Below are positions 54,774-63,891 of a DNA stretch of 64,000 bases, piece by piece. Source of the stretch: a bacterium (GTDB lineage Bacteria; Patescibacteriota; Saccharimonadia; CAILAD01; GCA-016700035); NCBI GenBank assembly GCA_020854115.1, contig JADZGC010000004.1, positions 1,665-65,664 of the forward strand, given 5' to 3'. The notes below the pieces were generated by a model. It saw nothing but the letters and a program-made list of their open reading frames with translations, had not been told where the DNA came from and did no database searches. How positions within the stretch are numbered: the first letter of the stretch is position 1; each line of letters begins with the position of its first letter. A program made the translations under genes and the position numbers.

Positions 54774-55167
54774 GGGGCTGACTAGCTTCGACAGAGTGAC
54801 CTTGAAAGATATACTGGCAAGCCGGGTTGAGATGAACGTTATCCGTCTCATTCCAACAAGTGAGAACTCTCTTGTTAGCCGCGTACGCTCAGTTTATGCT
54901 GACGCGTTCGCAGCACCAGCTTTTGCTTAATACGTAAAAGCCGCTGACAGCTCGACGCCAACTAGAGCTTGAAGTGCCATATTCTGTTGGTTGCGTGAGA
55001 TGTGCGCCGACGTACGCAATTCACTAAGCCTTTATGCGCCGGGAAGGGGACGTGCTTTGGCTCGTTTTGAATCGTTCTTTTCTAAAAAAATCTCTAAGCG
55101 AGCTACGCTTGTAGATGGTATATTGATCACATTCTGGACGAGGGTGCGATTCCCTCCAGCTCCACCA
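54774..55167 (+). ncRNA. ssrA: tmRNA (ssrA); predicted tag peptide ADAFAAPAFA encoded 54898-54927
   Basis: The 5' end is GGGGCTGACTAGCTTCGACAG and the 3' tRNA-like end is GGACGAGGGTGCGATTCCCTCCAGCTCCACCA. -10 TATAAT lies 6 nt upstream at 54762-54767. An internal short ORF ends in AFA-TAA. Confidence 0.85.
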
Positions 55168-55181
55168 TACTTATTATGCTT

Positions 55182-55209
55182 AAAACCAGGTTACTACGCC
55201 TGGTTTTTT
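55182..55209. terminator. Intrinsic terminator after tmRNA (CCAGG-ttactacg-CCTGG-TTTTTT)
   Basis: It was read directly from the sequence. It is shared with the convergent BtpA-like fragment. Confidence 0.6.
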
Positions 55210-55625
55210 GTTTTCAGATTATGAAACTTATTAACAAATCTTTCGAGCCTATCATATTCCATTTCGGCTAAGAATTTACCATCGGTTCGGAAGTCTGAGC
55301 CTACAATAAAGTAGTCTGCTAGATCGAAGAATGTGCTGATGTTCTCTGAAGTCATACCAGAACCAATCAATACTGGTAGATTAGTCATACATTTCACCTT
55401 CTTTAGGTCGTCGGTATTAGGCTCAATACCTGTGAATTTACTGGTTACAATGACGCCATCAACCGAAAGGCTTGGCTCAAAAAAGGACAGCGTACAGTAG
55501 TTAAGGTTAACCGCAAGAAGCAAAGCCAAAGCTACATTGGTTTCCTGAACCAAAAGACGTTTGCCCGCCATCTCTACGAGATGCCTTGGCAAAACAGTGA
55601 CGAGGTGCTCGTTGCAACACAGCAA
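55194..55625 (-). pseudogene. BtpA/SgcQ-family (TIM-barrel) protein, C-terminal fragment only
   Basis: The C-terminal ~100 aa match the BtpA C-terminus (SVDGVIVTSKFTGIEPNTDDLKKVKCMTNLPVLIGSGMTSENISTFFDLADYFIVGSDFR). The N-terminal two-thirds are missing and replaced by the transposase fragment. Confidence 0.5.
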
Positions 55626-55811
55626 TTCCTAAAAGCATACCCACACAAGAAGATCTGTATTGTCTGGGACAATGCCCCATTCCACAAAAGCTTAAAGATA
55701 CGAGAACAACTGAAGAATGGTGGATTACTTGAGCGAGTCCATCTCATTGCTATGCCACCTTATGCGCCAGATGAGAACCCTATTGAACATGTTTGGAATA
55801 CTGCTAAGTAG
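55407..55811 (+). mobile_element. IS630/Tc1-mariner family transposase, C-terminal fragment (remnant)
   Basis: The DDE_3 C-terminal signature is KKICIVWDNAPFHKS...LIAMPPYAPDENPIEHVWNTAK. The open frame holds only ~135 codons with no N-terminal DNA-binding or DD region, and no intact inverted repeats were seen. Confidence 0.6.
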
Positions 55812-55950
55812 TCCATTGCAAATATCTAGCACGAAACATTCGAATAAACAGAACAAGCGTTCAGCGACTTCGTCGCCTCACGCCAGTTTCAATACTTGTT
55901 TTGAGACATTTGGTTTTGGGATTGCTATATGTTGGGAAGACGCCCAAAAT

Positions 55951-55998
55951 AAAAACCAGGTTAGAGGGTTGTGGGGACCGTTCTAACCTGGAATTTTT
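55951..55998. terminator. Hairpin terminator for fba (ccaggttag...ctaacctgg, flanked by A5 and T5)
   Basis: It has a 9-bp stem with an 18-nt loop. On the minus strand it is followed by UUUUUUAUUUU. Confidence 0.5.
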
Positions 55999-56139
55999 AG
56001 TTCTGTGTTTGTTTTTGAGTAATATATGTGTGCAGCAGCACAATTAGATAATACTGTTCTTCAATACCTTCTGTCAACAAAAAAGCTGTGGATAACCACA
56101 ACTTTTTTAAAAAATATTTTCGATGATTTTCAAGTATGC

Positions 56140-57189
56140 TTAAGCATCTTGCGTTTGGCTGACAAAATCGCCGGCCACTGTGCCATTACCGCCGTACTCG
56201 CCATGTCGAGCCTGGGCATTATCGCGCGTTAGGCCAAGGTAAATTTCTTGGGCGTTTTTGACGTTCTCGGCCTTGCCGGCCCATGCCTGCATAGCTGGGT
56301 CCTGTACGGCCCGAGAGAATGAGAAGGTGATCGGCCATGGCTGTTCGCCACGAGCGCCCACTGCTTGAAGGTTGTTTCGAACCTGTTCAGGGGTCTGACC
56401 GCCCGAAAGGAAAACAATCCCAGCGAGTTCCTTTGGTACTGCTGCATGTAGTACTTCTAAGGTTGCTTGGGCAACTTCCTCGGGCTTTGATGGAGTATCA
56501 GTCTGCTTGCCAGCTAATACCATGCTTGTCTTCAGGATGGTGCCGGTGAGATCTACCCGATATGCTTGTAGCATAGCCATCAGGAGCCCGATCGCTGCCC
56601 GGGTAGCTTCCTTGGCTTCAGTAATAGTGTGAGAGCCCTCATAGAGTACCTCTGGCTCGACAATAGGCACGATACCCACAGTCTGACACATTGCTGCATA
56701 GCGGGCCATGGTATGCAGGTTGGCATGCAATGCGCCCTTTGAAGGAAGGTGAGCGGCTGCATCGACCTTAAAGGCAGCTCGCCACTTCGCGAAGCGAGCG
56801 CCGAGCGAGTAGTATTCTTTTAGTCGGTCGGCAAGACCGTCAAGGCCCTCGGTGATTGTCTCGTCTTTAAAATTATCGAGCGGGACGAGGCCCTTGTCGA
56901 CTTTGATGCCCGGGATGATATTGTGCGACTCTAGGTATTTTGGAAATAACACCCCATCATCGGTCTGCTGACGAATGGTTTCGTCGTAGAAAATAACACC
57001 GGACAAATATTGCTCAATGCCGGGCGTTGTAATAAGTAGCTGTCTATACTGACGACGAGTCTCTTCATCGCAGGGGATGCCGAGTGCTTCAAAGCGCTTG
57101 GCTGCACTCTTTGTGCTTTCATCGGCTGCAAGTAGACCCTTATGAAGGGCTACGAGTGCACGAGCGATATCATTGAGTGATTCCTTCAT
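56140..57189 (-). CDS. fba: Fructose-bisphosphate aldolase, class I
   Basis: It starts MKESLNDIARALVALHKGLLAADESTKS and includes the Schiff-base Lys region. The length is 349 aa. Confidence 0.9.
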   Translation of the reverse strand: MKESLNDIARALVALHKGLLAADESTKSAAKRFEALGIPCDEETRRQYRQLLITTPGIEQYLSGVIFYDETIRQQTDDGVLFPKYLESHNIIPGIKVDKGLVPLDNFKDETITEGLDGLADRLKEYYSLGARFAKWRAAFKVDAAAHLPSKGALHANLHTMARYAAMCQTVGIVPIVEPEVLYEGSHTITEAKEATRAAIGLLMAMLQAYRVDLTGTILKTSMVLAGKQTDTPSKPEEVAQATLEVLHAAVPKELAGIVFLSGGQTPEQVRNNLQAVGARGEQPWPITFSFSRAVQDPAMQAWAGKAENVKNAQEIYLGLTRDNAQARHGEYGGNGTVAGDFVSQTQDA

Positions 57190-57286
57190 ACGTTCTCCTT
57201 AAGGTATGTCTACATGTATGATACCGGCTATGCTTTAGTAGCGTCAAATGCTTTATTGCACAATACATATGCTATAGCATGATTAT

Positions 57287-57742
57287 TCAGCGCTTGAGCC
57301 GTGCCTTTGCCTCGAGAGAAGCATCGTTTTGCATGGCTTTAGCTCGTGCAGCTTGACGTTTGTCATAGCGCTTGCGACCGCGACCTATTGCGATCTCGAG
57401 CTTGACGAGTCCGCGGGTGACACCGATCGCAGTTGGGACGATGGCCATACCTTCGGCGCGCTTTGCTATTTGTAGGATATCTAATTCTTTGCGATTTAAG
57501 AGGAGTTTACGTGATTGAGTGGGCTCATAGTTTGCGAGCTGGGTGGCTAGGGTATAGCGACGTATATGGCAGTTCTCGAGGTAAGCTTCATTATTCCGGA
57601 GATGAATAAAGCTGCCTTTCAGGCTTACGTGGCCTTGCTTGATGCTCTTCACCTCGTGGCCGGCCAGCACTAAGCCGGCTTCAAATCTTTCGATGATTTC
57701 GTAGTCGTGTTTCGCGCGTCGGTTGAGAGCGATTACTTTCAT
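57287..57742 (-). CDS. smpB: SsrA-binding protein SmpB
   Basis: It has RRAKHDYEI...GHEVKSIK...and a C-terminal basic tail. Confidence 0.9.
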   Translation of the reverse strand: MKVIALNRRAKHDYEIIERFEAGLVLAGHEVKSIKQGHVSLKGSFIHLRNNEAYLENCHIRRYTLATQLANYEPTQSRKLLLNRKELDILQIAKRAEGMAIVPTAIGVTRGLVKLEIAIGRGRKRYDKRQAARAKAMQNDASLEAKARLKR

Positions 57743-57805
57743 GCTGACATTATACCTGATACGGGTTTGCTTTCATCTATACACACTCCTTATAATAAGA
57801 AAACA

Positions 57806-59434
57806 ATGCAGGTGGATATACTGATGCAGGTGGGGGGAGTATTGTATGCAGCCTATCAGGCGGCAGGCTTTGGTGATCTTGAAGTAGACGAGGCTGTCGA
57901 CTCATTGGAGTTCTGTGATATCTCGTATGGTGATTTTGCTAGCAATCTGGCTATGCGGCAAGCGAAATCACTCAAGATGGCACCTCGCGAGATAGCAGAG
58001 CGACTTACTTCCTATCTACAGGACCATCCAAACATCGATTCAGTTGAGGTGGCTGGCCCCGGGTTCTTAAATATTAGCCTCAGTAGCGAAGTATGGGCTC
58101 AGTTTATCGAGCAGCTCGACGGGGACTTCTTCCGGACTGAGCACGGCAAGGGTACGCGCGTGAATATTGAGTTTGTATCTGCTAATCCAACTGGACCATT
58201 GGTACTTGTGAATGCTTGGAACGGCTTCTACGGCGATGTGTTGGCGCGCCTCTACGAGAGTCAGGGGTATGAAGTGGTGCGCGAGTATTATTTGAATGAT
58301 GGCGGTAATCAGATAGCTCAACTGGGCCGAGCTGTGCAACAGGCAACGGGCATGGAGTTTGCTGCTGAAGTCAGCGAGGAGTTGTATCGTGGTCCATATA
58401 TCGATGAGCTGGCCGAGCGGATGGTTGGCATCTATGGTTCTGCAGATGCTGTACAAGCACTAAGTCCAGCAGAGCTTGGCGACCAGGCGCAAAAACTCAT
58501 TTTTGCAGAATATATCCAGCCAACTCTCAAGCGGCTTGGTATTCCTTTTGACGAAGTGTATCCAGAATCGATTCTCAATAATACAGACACTATTCAGCGG
58601 CTTGAAGTGGCGGGGGCAGTCGTTCATAAGGATGGAGCTGTATGGTTTAGCGGTGAGAAAGCTGGGCTTGATAAAGATGAGGTGCTCGTACGATCTACCG
58701 ATAATCAAGAAACCTATTTCCTCAAAGACATTTCGTATCAATATGGGAAGCTGGTTGAGCGGGGCTTTGATCGTGCGATTACGATCGTCGGGCCTGACCA
58801 CCACGGCCAGGAGAAGCGGCTGGCTGCAGCACTTCAACTGCTTGGCGTACAGGGCTTTGTGCCACTTTGGACGCAAGCAGTGCGCCTGATCAAGGATGGG
58901 GAAGAATTTAAGATGAGCAAGCGTCGAGGGAACTTTATTCTACTCGACGAATTTCTCGATGTTGTACCAGTAGATACTGCACGCTTCTTCTTTGCCTTGC
59001 GTGATCCGAATACGCACTTTGATCTCGATCTCGATCTGGTATCTGCTCAGAACAAGCACAACCCCTTGTACTATGTGATGTACGCCTATGTGCGTATGGG
59101 GAGTGTATTGAAGAAGGCAAAGGATGACGGGGTGCTGATAGATGAAGCAGTTAGCTGCATTCCTAAGTCTGATTTGGATCGAGCACTCGTGCGTCAGTTG
59201 GTGGAGCTGCAGCGGCTGATTGGACGAGCAGTTCACACCCAACAGGTGCATTCCGTCTTGCACGCGCTGGTTGATTTCGCGGGGCTTTTTCATGACTGGT
59301 ATGAGCGTAACCCCATATTGAAGGCTTCAGGCGATGAACGAGCTGTGAGACTCGTATTGATAGGTCATGTATATATTGCAATTCAGGGTATCCTTAAGCT
59401 AATTGGCGTGACACCTCAAGAACGGATGGAATAA
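57806..59434 (+). CDS. argS: Arginyl-tRNA synthetase
   Basis: It has the HIGH-type motif region ANPTGPLVLVNAW and KMSKR (FKMSKRRG). TATAAT lies 9 nt upstream of the ATG. The ORF-track start at 57707 is upstream. Confidence 0.9.
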   Translation: MQVDILMQVGGVLYAAYQAAGFGDLEVDEAVDSLEFCDISYGDFASNLAMRQAKSLKMAPREIAERLTSYLQDHPNIDSVEVAGPGFLNISLSSEVWAQFIEQLDGDFFRTEHGKGTRVNIEFVSANPTGPLVLVNAWNGFYGDVLARLYESQGYEVVREYYLNDGGNQIAQLGRAVQQATGMEFAAEVSEELYRGPYIDELAERMVGIYGSADAVQALSPAELGDQAQKLIFAEYIQPTLKRLGIPFDEVYPESILNNTDTIQRLEVAGAVVHKDGAVWFSGEKAGLDKDEVLVRSTDNQETYFLKDISYQYGKLVERGFDRAITIVGPDHHGQEKRLAAALQLLGVQGFVPLWTQAVRLIKDGEEFKMSKRRGNFILLDEFLDVVPVDTARFFFALRDPNTHFDLDLDLVSAQNKHNPLYYVMYAYVRMGSVLKKAKDDGVLIDEAVSCIPKSDLDRALVRQLVELQRLIGRAVHTQQVHSVLHALVDFAGLFHDWYERNPILKASGDERAVRLVLIGHVYIAIQGILKLIGVTPQERME

Positions 59435-62320
59435 ATGCAGCAGCAGGAGGAGGAGAAGGTGTTTTCACCGCGTCTTAAGAAAGAGTTACAGCACCTTATT
59501 GATGGGCTTAACCCAGCGCAGCAGGAGGCGGTACTACACAGTACAGGCCCAGTACTTGTTATAGCTGGTGCGGGGACAGGAAAGACCAAGGTAATAACGA
59601 ATCGCATTGCTTATCTCATTCAATCCGGCCAAGCACTCCCAGAAGAAATACTCGCTTTGACGTTTACTGACAAGGCAGCTCAAGAGATGCAGGATCGTGT
59701 CGACGAGTTGCTCCCATACGGTGTCGTTGAGACGAATATAATGACTTTTCACGCGCTCGGTGGAATGCTCTTGCGTGATTACGCTCTGGATTTGCAGATT
59801 AATCTCAAAGCTAGACTGGCGAGTCCCGTGCAGCAGCATATCTTGCTTCATGACACGCTCGAAAACATGGAGGAGCTACAGTACTTTCGTCCTGCCCACA
59901 ATCCGACCATGTACACCGAAGCAATACTGAGGTACATTTCACGACTCAAGGATGAGGGCATTGGCCCCGAAGACTTGCGCGGCCAGATTGCTGACCTACC
60001 TGATGCTGCCAAGGATCTATTTGACCAAGTGAAATACCAAGAGCTTGCAGACGTATATGGGCACTACGAGCGGCGCAAGCTTGCTGAGGGTTTTCTCGAC
60101 TTTGGTGATCAGCTCATGCTGCCGTATGTTTTGTTGTCAAAAAAACAACACATACTCGAGCAAATACAGAAACAGTACAAATTTATCCTGGTAGATGAGT
60201 TCCAGGATACCAATACGATACAAGCAAAACTTCTATATTTGTTGTCTAAAAAACATCAAAATCTTATGGTTGTTGGTGATGACGATCAGTCAATCTATCG
60301 TTTCCGCGGCGCTGAGCTCGACAACATACTGTCCTTTCATGATTTTTTCCCGAGTGCCAAGCAGATAGTGTTGATAGAGAATTATCGATCAACACAGCAA
60401 ATCATCGATGCTAGTTATGAGCTTATCCAGCATAATAATCCGGCTCGGCTAGAGACCAAGCTACAAATTGATAAGCGCCTGCATGCTCAAAGTCAGGGCA
60501 GGGCAGTCGCCATTGAGGAGTTAGGCGACATTAGGTCTGAGGTTGATCGCGTAGTTCAGCTTGTCTTGGAGGGTGCGTCTCGCTACGGAGCCTCAAGCGT
60601 GGCTGTGTTGACTCGCAATAACCAGCAGGCAGAGACGATAATTCGGGCATTGCAGCAGAAGGCTGTGCCAGTCGCAACACAGATTGCTCGCAACTTACTT
60701 TTGCAACCCATAGTTCGACAGTGTATAGATTTTTTGTGTGTACTGCACGACGAAACTGATTCAGCTGCACTATATCGTTTCTTGTTGAGCCCACGGGTTG
60801 CTGCGGACGCGGAGGTCATCATATCCTTGTCTGCTGAAGCTAAGCGTGAACACAAAAGCTTAGCCCAAAGAATACGTGAGTGTGGATCCGAGGTGGCATA
60901 TGTGTACGCACAGCTAGAACGTATTCAGGCCTATCGTCAGCGGGTACGAGAGATCTCAGTTGGTGAGCTACTTTATGAGTTTGTAACGAGCGATGGATAC
61001 CTTGAGCGACTTATTGCGCGCGCCGAGGATGATGCACATAGTGCTCGTGACATTCAGAGTCTGGCACGATTCTTTAATTTGATATCAGAGCTAGAGGCTG
61101 TTGAGGGTATGCAGAGCTCTCACGATCTGTGGCTGCATATTCGGGAAATGTATGATCTAGAAGTTCTCACTGATCCAGATGAATCCGAGCAGATCGAAGG
61201 GGTGCATGTCCTTACCGCACACCGTTCTAAGGGGTTAGAGTTTGATCGGGTTGTGCTCTTTGATCTAGTTGAAGGCACCTTTCCTGCTACTCGCAAAGGA
61301 GAATCGTTGTATTTACCACAACAAATGTCTCTTGATAAGGGGGTGTCTATTGGGCAAGTACATCTGAGTGAAGAGCGACGATTGTTTTATGTTGCGGTGA
61401 CACGTGCTAAACAGGAATTGTTTGTAACTTACTCGTGCAATCATGGAGGAAGGCGGCTTAAGAAGCCATCTCGTTTTCTGCTTGAGGCTTTTGGTTACGA
61501 TATACAGCCAAAAGCGTCTCGCAAAGTAGAATTGAGTACAGCGATGATTCATCAGTTTGATGGTAGTGTAACGGAACCCGGTAAGCTCACATTTCCAGAG
61601 AAGGATGGCTGGCTGACTCTCACTCCAAATCAGATTAATGACTACCTGACTAACCCTCAATATTTTTACGTTCGCCACGTACTGCGATTCCCCGAAAAAC
61701 AATCACATCGTATGGTGTACGGCACGTCAATTCACGCAGCTCTCGAGGTGTATCTTCGACAGCGTATGCAAGGTAAAAAAGTTAGCTTTGAAGAGTTACT
61801 TTTAGTATTGCGTGATAGCTGGAGCCACAATGGGTTTGTGTCGTTGCGACACGAGCAAGAGCGGATGCAGGCGGCTGAGGACACGCTTCGGAAAACATGG
61901 CAGTCGTTTGAAGCAACGGATCTGCAAATTGTCGATGTTGAGCGCGCGTTTCAGGTGGACTTTGAAGAATATAAAGTCAGGGTTCGGGGTCGCTATGACC
62001 TGATACTGCAGAATCAAAACGGCATAGAGATTCGCGACTTCAAGACGTCGTCAGTAAACGATCAGAAGGCGGCACAGAATCGTGTACGAGATTCTGTGCC
62101 AATGCAGATATACGCGTTGGCCTGGAGTATGGAGCAGCCAGAGAAGCCGCTCTCGTTGATTAGTTTACATTTTGTCGATTCGGGCATTGTTGCTACTCGA
62201 GATAAGCTCAATCATGTGAAGACTCGAGCTCGAATTCAAGAAGTGGCAGAAGGTATACGTGCTGCACACTATCCCAAAAAAGGGAACCTCACGAATCTTG
62301 AGATGGAGGGCATTGCATGA
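59435..62320 (+). CDS. UvrD/PcrA-type SF1 helicase fused to a C-terminal PD-(D/E)xK (RecB-like) nuclease domain
   Basis: Helicase motifs are GAGTGKT, DEFQDTN, VGDDDQSIYRFRGA and VAVTRAK. The C-terminal nuclease motif is RGRYDLILQ...IEIRDFKTS. The ATG overlaps the argS stop. Confidence 0.85.
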   Translation: MQQQEEEKVFSPRLKKELQHLIDGLNPAQQEAVLHSTGPVLVIAGAGTGKTKVITNRIAYLIQSGQALPEEILALTFTDKAAQEMQDRVDELLPYGVVETNIMTFHALGGMLLRDYALDLQINLKARLASPVQQHILLHDTLENMEELQYFRPAHNPTMYTEAILRYISRLKDEGIGPEDLRGQIADLPDAAKDLFDQVKYQELADVYGHYERRKLAEGFLDFGDQLMLPYVLLSKKQHILEQIQKQYKFILVDEFQDTNTIQAKLLYLLSKKHQNLMVVGDDDQSIYRFRGAELDNILSFHDFFPSAKQIVLIENYRSTQQIIDASYELIQHNNPARLETKLQIDKRLHAQSQGRAVAIEELGDIRSEVDRVVQLVLEGASRYGASSVAVLTRNNQQAETIIRALQQKAVPVATQIARNLLLQPIVRQCIDFLCVLHDETDSAALYRFLLSPRVAADAEVIISLSAEAKREHKSLAQRIRECGSEVAYVYAQLERIQAYRQRVREISVGELLYEFVTSDGYLERLIARAEDDAHSARDIQSLARFFNLISELEAVEGMQSSHDLWLHIREMYDLEVLTDPDESEQIEGVHVLTAHRSKGLEFDRVVLFDLVEGTFPATRKGESLYLPQQMSLDKGVSIGQVHLSEERRLFYVAVTRAKQELFVTYSCNHGGRRLKKPSRFLLEAFGYDIQPKASRKVELSTAMIHQFDGSVTEPGKLTFPEKDGWLTLTPNQINDYLTNPQYFYVRHVLRFPEKQSHRMVYGTSIHAALEVYLRQRMQGKKVSFEELLLVLRDSWSHNGFVSLRHEQERMQAAEDTLRKTWQSFEATDLQIVDVERAFQVDFEEYKVRVRGRYDLILQNQNGIEIRDFKTSSVNDQKAAQNRVRDSVPMQIYALAWSMEQPEKPLSLISLHFVDSGIVATRDKLNHVKTRARIQEVAEGIRAAHYPKKGNLTNLEMEGIA

Positions 62321-62781
62321 GGATAGTCGAGACCTACCGTGATCAAGAATGGCTTGAAAATCTTCTGGCCGATATCTGGTATGAGCACTTTTCGGACGTG
62401 CCCCAAGAGAATGAAGTGAGAATAATCTGGGGCAAGCGAGCTAAGCGTAGATTGGGCTCGATTTCGCTTGATCCGCATGATCGATTGACGAGTATTATTC
62501 GGGTTAACCGATTATTTCAGGACCTAGAAGTCCCCGAAATGGTTATACGGGCAACTATCTTTCATGAGATGACGCACTATGCGCATGGGTTTAATTCTCC
62601 ATTGCAGCAAAAGCAGCGACATCCTCACAGCGGTGGAGTAATTCGCAAAGAATTTGCGGAGCGTGGACAAGAGAAGTTGTATCATCTACAACAAAAATGG
62701 CTTAAAACATCATGGCTCGACGTATTACGTAAGCACGGTATGATTCGTGATACGCTGTTTGTTCGCTACATGATTGATTAA
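62317..62781 (+). CDS. SprT/DUF45 (YgjP-like) zinc metallopeptidase-fold protein
   Basis: It has HEMTHYAHG (HExxH). The start overlaps the helicase-nuclease stop (ATGA). Confidence 0.55.
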   Translation: MRIVETYRDQEWLENLLADIWYEHFSDVPQENEVRIIWGKRAKRRLGSISLDPHDRLTSIIRVNRLFQDLEVPEMVIRATIFHEMTHYAHGFNSPLQQKQRHPHSGGVIRKEFAERGQEKLYHLQQKWLKTSWLDVLRKHGMIRDTLFVRYMID

Positions 62782-62799
62782 ATGGTAGACTAGATACAT

Positions 62800-63882
62800 A
62801 TGACTGAAGTGTTGGTAATAATTGGGGTTGCACTGCTGTGTGCGCTCGTGGGAATAAACCTTTGGGCGCTGCTACGGCCTCGATCAGGTGGGGATGGGCT
62901 GGATGAGCCTATGACATCCCTTTTAAAGCAAGATTTGCAGGGACTCCATCAGCTACTTTCGCAATCCCACGCCCAGCTGAATGAACGCATTGATCGCAAT
63001 AACCAGACATTACAAGCGAATGTACACGCTCAAATGAGGCAGTCGTCAGAGATTATCAAAGACGTAACTGAGCGCCTCACTAAACTTGATGAAACTAATC
63101 GCCGCGTTGTAGACATTACATCAGAACTAAAAACTTTGCAGACTGTACTACAAAACCCGAAGCAGCGAGGTGTGCTCGGGGAGTATTATCTTGCGCAAGT
63201 CCTGGAAAATGTGCTGGCGCCGCAGCAATATAAACTTCAATATGCATTTAAGGACGGAGCGATTGTAGATGCCGTCATTCTGCTTGATAAAGGGAGAATT
63301 CTTCCTGTCGACTCAAAATTTAGTCTCGAGAATTACAATCGCCTCGTGGATAAAACCGTAGGTGTTGAGCGAGATCAGTTGGTTAAACAATTCAAGCAGG
63401 ATCTGAAGGGGAGGATTGATGAGACTGCAAAATACATTCGTCCAAGCGAGGGGACGATGGACTTTGCATTTATGTTTATCCCGTCTGAAGCCATTTACTA
63501 TGATCTACTCGTGAATCAAGTGGGCGCCACTCAGACAACTTCACGCGATCTGATCGAATACGCGTTTCGAGATAAGCACGTGATCATTGTTTCGCCGACG
63601 TCATTTATGGCCTACCTACAGACCGTGATGCAAGGACTGAGATCTCTGCAGATCGAGGAGCAGGCCCGGGAAATCCAAGAGAGAGTAGGTAAGCTTGGGC
63701 GCCATGTTTTGTCGTATGAAAGTTTCTTGCAAAAACTGGGTAATTCATTAGGGACAACGGTAAACCACTACAATAACGCTTACAAGGAATTCCGAAAAGT
63801 AGACACGGATGTTGCCAAGATTGCGCAGAAAACACCCACTGTAGACCCGCAGCTAGTTGATAAGCCTAGGTTAGATGATTAG
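62800..63882 (+). CDS. rmuC: DNA recombination protein RmuC
   Basis: An N-terminal TM helix and coiled coil are followed by the RmuC C-terminal domain. Confidence 0.85.
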   Translation: MTEVLVIIGVALLCALVGINLWALLRPRSGGDGLDEPMTSLLKQDLQGLHQLLSQSHAQLNERIDRNNQTLQANVHAQMRQSSEIIKDVTERLTKLDETNRRVVDITSELKTLQTVLQNPKQRGVLGEYYLAQVLENVLAPQQYKLQYAFKDGAIVDAVILLDKGRILPVDSKFSLENYNRLVDKTVGVERDQLVKQFKQDLKGRIDETAKYIRPSEGTMDFAFMFIPSEAIYYDLLVNQVGATQTTSRDLIEYAFRDKHVIIVSPTSFMAYLQTVMQGLRSLQIEEQAREIQERVGKLGRHVLSYESFLQKLGNSLGTTVNHYNNAYKEFRKVDTDVAKIAQKTPTVDPQLVDKPRLDD

Positions 63883-63891
63883 ACGAGCTAT

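Noticed and set aside
54991-55224. 77-aa ORF on the plus strand inside the tmRNA 3' half.
   Set aside because: It lies within the tmRNA tRNA-like domain and its terminator. It is spurious.
55717-56043. Short ORFs (55717-55986 plus strand, 55861-56043 minus strand) in the interval after the transposase fragment.
   Set aside because: They overlap the fba terminator hairpin and have no SD or conservation. The region is interpreted as non-coding remnant DNA.
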